A DNA stretch of 64,000 bases from Eledone cirrhosa (lineage: Eukaryota): contig OZ024743.1 in assembly GCA_964016885.1 (NCBI GenBank), forward strand, positions 149,544,001 to 149,608,000, written 5' to 3'. Below are positions 56,424 to 64,000 of this stretch, piece by piece. Position 1 is the stretch's first letter. Every line of letters starts with the position of its first letter. The translations under genes were made by a program, and so were the position numbers. The notes beneath the pieces are model-generated. The model saw only the letters and a program-made list of their open reading frames with translations. It made no database searches and was not told the origin of the DNA.

Positions 56424-57069
56424 GCAACAAGCGTTACTTGCCTTCCCTCTACCATCCCTCCTTAGCAACTATTCACACCATGTCAGTACCTCCCACGCTA
56501 TCCGAAACCACACTGAAATTTCTAAACCCTTCCTTTCCCCCTTCTCTCCCTCTCTGAACCCCACTACGCTTGCCATACACCGATAACATATTTGTCATCT
56601 TTCCCCAATCTATTGTCACTTACTTATGACATCATACTTATCCTCTCAACCCCAAAAAGATTTGAGAGAACTCTCCACTCAAGACACACCACTTCTCTAG
56701 CGCAGATGTCATGATAAATGTGCCCAGTCCATTCTGTAAAATAGTTGGTGATAGGAAGGATATCCACCTTTTAGGAAACTTTCCAATCAGTTGCGTCAAA
56801 GACATAACAACCGCCCTAGTGCTGGTGCCACGATAAAATGCACATTACACTCTGTATAGTTCGAGAACGTACGTAAACGGCTTATTTGGAATGTGATGGT
56901 AGTCGGACTAATGTTTTGGGGCTATGAATTTGCATACTCCCTCGAATGTAACTACGATCGTAAATAATAAAGAGAAAATAAAAAGGTCCATGCAGCAAGC
57001 CTCTTAAAAAGTGCGGAGAGAGTAAGTTATCTTCATAGTAAATTAGTAAAACAAATGAAGACGTTATTA

Positions 57070-58030
57070 ACATTGTCTGGGAGTAAACTGTAATTTGTGA
57101 AAAGACAATGCCAATCTTTGAAGAATTAATGGGAGAAAGAATGTGGAGATGAAATATTTGCAGGCGACAATAAAGGCAAGCTTAGAGGGTGTATAAGTGT
57201 TGTAAAAAGTGTTGATATGTTAAGATGACTGTTAAGGCAACAATTACAGATATCGAAGCAGCTGAAGTATTCCCTGCTGCATTCCAAGTATAGAGTAGAG
57301 CATAACCTGAGGCTCTTATTTGGACGAGTATGCCTTCAAGGAACATTATTGCCACTGGAGAAAAGTCTGCATTAAGATTTAAATATGCCACGGATAGACT
57401 AACTCTCTTATTTGGTGGTAATGTTTCAGGAAGTGAAACATTTTAAATACAATACTGGTCTACCACTCAGAAACATCCCGTGCATTGAAGAAGTTAGATA
57501 AGTTACAATTATCACTCAATTAGAGAAACTTGAAAGACAAAGTTGACCTCAGCGGGATTTGAAGTCAGAGAGTAGAGAACCGAAACGATTACCGCAAAGC
57601 ATTCTATCGGACGTTATAACGATTCTGCCAAGTCGCCGCCTTGAAGCAAGTTTTAACCTAATCAAAGAAGGGTTTTGAAGGATTTGGGCCAGGAGAGAAG
57701 AGCGCTTCAGATATACAAAATGTTTCAAAATTGGCAAGTTTGCATGCAAATAGGAAATGAGAAACATTTCCAGATTTTGGCATAACATCTGGATGTACAA
57801 AAAAAAAAAAAGAAGAAAAGGAGTGCATTGTGAAAATAATATAAATTGACGCCCGTAGATATCTTTATTGAATATTATTGTGAAATGGACCATAACTGGA
57901 AGCGAAATAACTTTGCAAAAAGGTGCTTAAATATAATCTTGGCACTTTATTATGAATTCCTTAAGGGAAGGAATGGAAAAACGCAGAAAACAACTCTAGG
58001 TCCATATATTAGGAAGATACACCAACTCTC
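57070..58030 (+). mobile_element. Decayed Tigger/pogo transposase, interrupted by an old SINE (~57490-57645)
   Basis: DIEAAEVFP, LIWTSMPSRNIIATGEKSALRFKYATDRLTLLFGGNVSG and LVYHSETSRALK match Tigger DDE-region motifs; C-terminal MDHNWKR...YYEFLK...KTTL. Confidence 0.85.
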
Positions 58031-58431
58031 AGCATGTTCCATCATCGGTCGATGACCCTCAGAGCCATCATCGTAGAATTAATGATGTATCCATCTCTAT
58101 TGGTGGACGAGATCAACATACTATTATTATAAACATTGCAGCGTCCATCTCGATCAGTATCATTTGGTGGGAATGTAATATTTTCAGCATTATTTAGTGA
58201 TTCAGGTAGCATATTATTGTGACATATATATTACTAGCTGGCCCGTTAGGCTGGCGTCCGGCTACCATTGGCGTGTTCTACGGCATCCATATATATATAT
58301 ATATATATATACTTAGGGTAAATATTGATGCAATTCAATTCAAGCACTCAACGTACTTTTTCCACATAGGAGTGACGGAGTAAATATCGAATAAGTAAAA
58401 GCGAAGTAGTTTCAGATGTTCAAGTCCTTTA

Positions 58432-58617
58432 ATAATAATTGTTTCTACTTTAGGCACAAGGCCAGCAATTACCAGTGCATTACTGGTACTTTATTTTATC
58501 GACCCCGTAAGGATGAAAGGCAAAGTCAACCTCGGCGGGATTTGAACTCAGATCGTAAAGGGACGTAACTATGCTGGAAAGCATGGCGTCCGACCCTCCA
58601 CCGATACTGCCAATCCA
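58432..58617 (-). mobile_element. SINE family A, part of local duplication 58312-58617
   Basis: Reverse-complement copy sharing ~120 bp of flank with 59696-59991. Confidence 0.9.
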
Positions 58618-59804
58618 ATGACGACACTGGCCACACTGTTCTGTGTGCGAGTGTCGTGACATCATCAGGCAGCTTGTTACATAATAAGGTTATGTTTCCG
58701 AGGCAATCCAAGTTGAATCGACATGGGAACGGACGAAGTGTGTGCTTTTGGGTTCTTCATCCGTTCCTCTGTGAGTACCAATTCACCCCCACCGGTCTGC
58801 GCAGGCGCATGTCCGAAAGAAGTTGACCATTAGCTGCCACCGATTTCAACGAAATTCGCTTAGTCAGTTCACCCTCTCAGCCAAACAATGACCCATTTAG
58901 GCCTTACCATAGTTTACTGCTACCCGTCCCGTCTCTTGCAGTCAGCCGAAAGCCAGAGGGGATGGGAGAGTCAGTTTTTACAGGTCACAATACTACCTCT
59001 CACCAAGCATGGACAGTACGACTGACCATCAACTCCCAAGAGAAGATATACTTAATCCTAGGTATCATGGTTTTACATTGGAAGTTATGAGTGAGAGTTG
59101 GAAATAAAAATTAAAATCCTAAATCAAAAATTATAAATTAAACAATTAAAAAATTAACAATTAGAAATTAAAAAATTAAAAAGATTTTTCAAGTGAGAAT
59201 CCGGATTGAGGTGAGTAAATAATATGGAGAGAGATGTTTAAGTAAGAAGTTCTGAGAGGGGTTCCAATGTCACAGTTACACTATCCACATATTGAACGAT
59301 AGTGCCGTACATTAGAACGGAGGGTAAACTACAGTATTCAAGGCAGTTGTCAATCTGGTACACAGTCATAATTTCCATCACATGGAACAAAACCAAAGAA
59401 AAACAGATATAAAGTACACAAAAGAAAAGAACCAATAATGAATAAATGCAAAAACACAGAGTACATATATGCAAAATGATCCATATGATTGTCAATTTGG
59501 TGCACGAAAATATGGGTTTATCTTAATTTTGTTTCCGCGTATTTTTCCTGCCGAAAGTTACTATTATGTCTGTCTAGTGTCAGGGGTTTCCATCCCCATG
59601 GTAGAGGGATTTTCCAGGGGTAGCTCATGGCTGGTTCCTCTCTTCTCCACCATATCGGTTACATCATAGAGCGCTCAACTAATTGGAGCTACATTCTTAG
59701 GGTAAATATTGATGCAATTCAATTCAAGCACTCAACGTACTTTTTTCACATAGGAGTGACGGAGTAAAGTAAAAGCGAAGTAGTTTCAGATGTTCAAGTC
59801 CTTT

Positions 59805-59996
59805 AATAATAATTGTTTCTACTTTAGGCACAAGGCCAGCAATCACCAGTTCATTACTGGTACTTTATTTTATCGACCCCGTAAGGATGAAAGGCAAAGT
59901 CAACCTCGGCGGGATTTGAACTCAGATCGTAAAGAGACGTAACTATGCTGGAAAGCATGGCGTCCGACCCTCTACCGATACTGCCAATCCACGGCC
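59805..59996 (-). mobile_element. SINE family A with TSD
   Basis: TTAATAATAAT at 59803-59813 and 59998-60008. Confidence 0.9.
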
Positions 59997-60085
59997 ATTA
60001 ATAATAATGCTGTGATATATATATATATAGCTGTGATATATATATAGCTGACCTACCTAGCTTCGCTTGGATAAACAGACCATAA

Positions 60086-60588
60086 CAGTTGAAAATATAT
60101 AGTATAGTATAGTATGACTGTTGAAAACATGTAGTATAGTATAGTATTACTGTTGAAAATAAATTGTACAGTACAATATTACTGTTGGAAATATATAGTA
60201 TAGTATTACTGTTGGAAATATATAGTATAGTATAGTATTACTGTTGAAAATAAATTGTACAGTACAATATTACTGTTGGAAATATATAGTACAGTATTAC
60301 TGTTGAAAATATATAGTATAGTATTACTGTTGAAAATATATAGTACAGTATTACTGTTGAAAATATATAGTACAGTATTACTGTTGAAAATATATAGTAC
60401 AGTATTACTGTTGAAAATATATAGTACAGTATTACTGTTTAAAATATATAGTACAGTATTACTGTTGAAAATATATAGTACAGTATTACTGTTGAAAACA
60501 TATAGTATATTATTACTGTTGAAAACATATAGTATAGTATTACTGTTGAAAATATATGGTATAGTATTACTGTTGAAAATATATAGTA
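60086..60588. repeat. 27-bp minisatellite, left part (TACTGTTGAAAATATATAGTAYAGTAT)
   Basis: Directly visible; gives the KIYSTVLLL repeat ORF. Confidence 0.95.
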
Positions 60589-61833
60589 CTAGCAGTGGTA
60601 CCCGGCGTTGCACGGGAAAAAGTATTTTGAAACGCGGGCCGCCAACAGACCTAATCGTGGAAAAACTGCATGCCTCGACAATGTGTAAAGAAAATAAACC
60701 CAATACTCTGATGGCTGGATAATCTTTTCCTCGATGAAGCAGGAAAAATGCAGGTTTTCACCTAATAAGCAATTTTTTTATGTGCGTAATATGCCTTGAA
60801 ATTTCGAGAAAATCGGCTAGACGTAGCGCCTAAAAAAAGCCCTAAAAAGCTGAAAAAATGAAGTTTTTCACCTAATGCGGGCCCTAAGCCATAAAAAAGT
60901 TGGATTTTCTTTGCTCACGGTATGAAGAAGAGATTGACTAATACATAGTTACAATTTCAAGGAAATCGGTCTGACGTTACGCCTCAAAATACCCCCCCCC
61001 CCCCCAAATCTCACTTATTCTCCAAACAGTTGATAAGTGCACACAACTTCTTCCCCACGTTTTAAGCCACAGTGTTGCTTACTTACGTACCACCAGACCC
61101 TTACTTCTTTGCCAGCCGTGGTTGTGGCAATACTAAGCTTAGCTAAGGCGGTTATATATTTCACACAACACTAAAAATGAAAGCCAGTAACTATGTATTA
61201 GTCAGTCTCTTCTTCATACAGTGAGCAAAGAAAATCCAACTTTTAGTGGAGCGAGTGAAATAAAGTCGATCCTGCTGCGATTCAAAAATCAGGTTTGCAG
61301 GTTATATATTTCACAAAACACTAAAAATTAAAGCCGGTAATAGCTATAATAGCTACAGTTTTCACAGTGTTGCTTACTTACGTGCCTGTACGAGAACAAA
61401 AGTTACTATTTTACTGCTTAGTATTGTTGAAAACCGACTGTTTTCAAACTTTACACATGTAATACTTATGTTTCAGGGAGTGTTCTGAGCAAAAAAATTT
61501 CAAATTTTCAATGCCCTAGGGACCGCATTCAGCGATTTAGCAATCTCTTTCCGTAATGCAGACAGATATTATAATGGCGCGACGTTATATGTATGTATCT
61601 ATCTAAAAAGAGGAAGACTAAGAATTATAGAGAGAGATCGCTAAATCGCCTAATGCGGTCCCTAGGGCATTGAAAATTTGAAATTTCTTTTGCTCAGAAC
61701 ACTCCCTGAAACATAAGTATTACATGTGTAAAGTTTAAAAACAGTCGGCTGGGTGCTTCTCGAGTTTCAGGGATTCAAACTCTCTCGCACGCACACACAG
61801 ACAGACATCCTCAGTTTTCTATATATATATAGA
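60589..61833 (-). mobile_element. Young non-autonomous Helitron (1245 bp)
   Basis: Minus strand starts TC (after A) and ends CTAG (before T), with hairpin CCCGTGCAACGCCGGG at 60601-60616; no TSD; removing it restores the satellite unit ATATAGTA|TAGTATT. Confidence 0.9.
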
Positions 61834-62310
61834 TAGTATTACAGTTGAAAATATATAGTACAGTATTACTGTTGAAAATATATAGTATAGTACAGTATTA
61901 CTGTTGAAAATGTATAGTATAGTATTACTGATGAAAATAGGTATAGTATTACTGTTGAAAATATATAGTACTGTATTACTGTTGCAAATATATAGTATAA
62001 TATTACTGTTGAAAACATATAGTGTAGTATAGTATTACTGTTGAAAATATATAGTATAGTACAGTATTACTGTTGAAAATATACAGTATAGTACAGTATT
62101 ACTGTGGAAAATATATAGTATTACTGTTGAAAATATATAGTATAGTATTACTGTTGAAAATATATAGTATAGTATTACTGTTGAAAATATATAGTATAGT
62201 ATTACTGTTGAAAATATATAGTACAGTATTACTGTTAAAAATATATAGTAGAGTATAGTATCACTGTTGAAAATATATAGTATAGTATAGTATTACTTTT
62301 GAAAATATGT
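61834..62310. repeat. 27-bp minisatellite, right part
   Basis: Same unit continues after the Helitron. Confidence 0.95.
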
Positions 62311-62499
62311 ACACGAATATATAATTATATATATAGTATTAAGGATACTATTTATGGTTATGTATGTAATAAAACCTTTTATGGTTATATATTTTTTATA
62401 CCAACCCTAAATAGTGAAAGATAGTCATTAATTACTATCTTATTACCAGTAAGATAAATAGCTCAATGTAATAACATCGGTTGTTTTACAGAGCAGTTA

Positions 62500-63397
62500 T
62501 ATAGAGATTACAATAATCAAAGTTCAGTTTAAATCATTTATTTGCTTACAATTCTTTCCTCCAAACCGAGGTTTGGATTCTTCGGAGCAACTATTTAGTG
62601 ATCTATTGACCTCCTTTTCAACACAAGAGACATATAAAAACATATGCACATATTGACCCACAGTGGGATGACATCCATCAAAATGATATAGCATGGCAAT
62701 TTACATATAAAGGTTAAAGGATAAAAATAAAAATAAAAATAAAAGTGAAAATGAAGCATTGGCAGTTTATGAAGATAAAGCAAGAGGAAAGTTTAGAGTA
62801 GTCAGTGTATGAAACTCTCACGTGTAGCATGCACGCGTGTCTTATTTATACAGGATTAGAGTGCGTCAGATTGTTACTTGCAGGGTCAGGCAGTTGAAGC
62901 AGGCAATCGATATTATTATGTGGGCTGAATTATTAAATCATTTTTTCGCATACACCTGTATGATATACAATCCCGAATGTAGAGAAACACCAAAATATCA
63001 AAAATATCAAACATATTATAAAACATATTATAGCGCAGGCAAAACAGAACCACTGTCTTCGCGCACACCACCACTCACATAATCCACGAGACGCAATATA
63101 TAGACCACGGGTCTATCATATAATCCACGATGGTTCAGCATATAACCAAGTTATAAACCATATCTTGTCGATTCTTAATTAATAGATCATATCTCATGGA
63201 TTATGTGAGTGGTGGTGTCATCCCACTGTGGGTCAATATGTGCATATGTTTTTATATGTCTCTTGTGTTGAAAAGGAGGTCAAGTATGTTATAGATCACT
63301 AAATAGTTGCTCCGAAGAATCCAAACCTCGGTTTGGAGGAAACAATTGTAAGCAAATAAATGATTTAAACTGAACTTTGATTATTGTAATCTCTATA
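62500..63397. repeat. Nested inverted duplications (62500-62673 / 63216-63397 and 63065-63091 / 63192-63218)
   Basis: Reverse-complement matches read directly. Confidence 0.9.
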
Positions 63398-63549
63398 ATT
63401 ATATATATATATATATAATTAATTAAAAGTTGGTTAGAAGCGAAGTCAATGCAGACAGGCATTATAAGCGAGCGACGTTATAGCTATGTATCTATCTAAA
63501 AAGACAGAGTAAGAAAGAGAGAGGAATGTCGTATTATATATATTCTATA

Positions 63550-63613
63550 TAATAAAGTACCAGTAATGTACTGGAATAATTGCTGGCCTTGTGCCAAAAT
63601 TAGAAACAATTAT
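63550..63613 (+). mobile_element. SINE family A 3' fragment
   Basis: AATAAAGTACCAGTAATGTACTGG...TAGAAACAATTAT. Confidence 0.75.
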
Positions 63614-64000
63614 ACTTCTTTTTTATACAACTGTAAATAACATGCTTATGTATGTATATATACGTATATATATGTATAAAGGAATGCTGTAATAATGCAG
63701 ACAGCCAGACATACAGAGACATATTATAAGGGCGCGACGTTGTAGCCATGTATCTATCCAAAAAGACAGACTAAGGAAGAGAGAGGAATGTCGTATAACC
63801 GCAAGTGTTGACATTTGAAAATTTTAAAGAAGTGAATATTTAAATAATATCTTTAATTTTTTAACACATTTTAGTAGACAAAATTACGCTCACTTTCTTA
63901 CTTGGAAAAAGTTACATCTATGGTGCAAATTTGGTGCCGTTTGGTTCAACCGTTTGGCGAAAAGTTTGTTACATACATACGGCCGTCAGCTTTATTAGTA

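Larger units (their letters stand above)
60044..64000 (-). mobile_element. Probable older non-autonomous Helitron carrying the satellite (5' end at or just past the window end)
   Basis: Degenerate 3' end ATAGCTGACCTA-CCTAGC-TTC-GCTTGG at 60044-60070; window ends in CATACATACGGCCGTCAGCTTTATTAGTA, typical of a Helitron 5' end in reverse; internal GCGACGTT...TATCTATC.AAAAAG repeats are shared with the nested Helitron. The two ends may not belong to one element. Confidence 0.5.

Noticed and set aside
58233-58290. ACTAGCTGGCCCG... possible Helitron 3' terminus
   Set aside because: Hairpin is poor and no matching 5' end was found.
60206-62258. Repeat ORFs (KIYSTVLLL)n and a CRISPR-like look
   Set aside because: Head-to-tail 27-bp satellite with no unique spacers and no cas genes; eukaryotic context.

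Overview
AT-rich, repeat-dominated eukaryotic (animal) DNA with no intact, recognisable protein-coding gene. The repeat content (RTE LINEs with (GAT)n tails, tRNA-derived Meta-like and CORE SINEs, very long (TA)n/(CA)n tracts) is what I associate with octopus/cephalopod genomes; this is inference. Elements I can support by reading the sequence: at least 8 RTE-clade LINE fragments (one subfamily has a PHD-like Cys/His finger between the RT core and thumb), a fossil R4/Dong-clade element, a Penelope-like element (RT, GIY-YIG, hammerhead remnant), decayed Buster-type hAT and Tigger/pogo transposases, hAT and mariner-type MITEs, and a young Helitron nested in a 27-bp satellite that probably lies inside an older Helitron. 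There is also a degenerate hammerhead ribozyme at 32-79. Scattered minus-strand exon-like segments may be a decayed or fast-evolving gene. The most unusual signal is that five locally templated copies or fold-backs (23133-23254, 23264-23354, 24554-24802, 58312-58617, 63192-63397) each have one junction directly abutting a (TA)n tract, as do three retroelement 5' truncation points. This suggests a (TA)n-linked breakage and templated-repair process. Most ORFs in the supplied track are artefacts of microsatellites or antisense readings of transposons. Boundaries of decayed elements are approximate.
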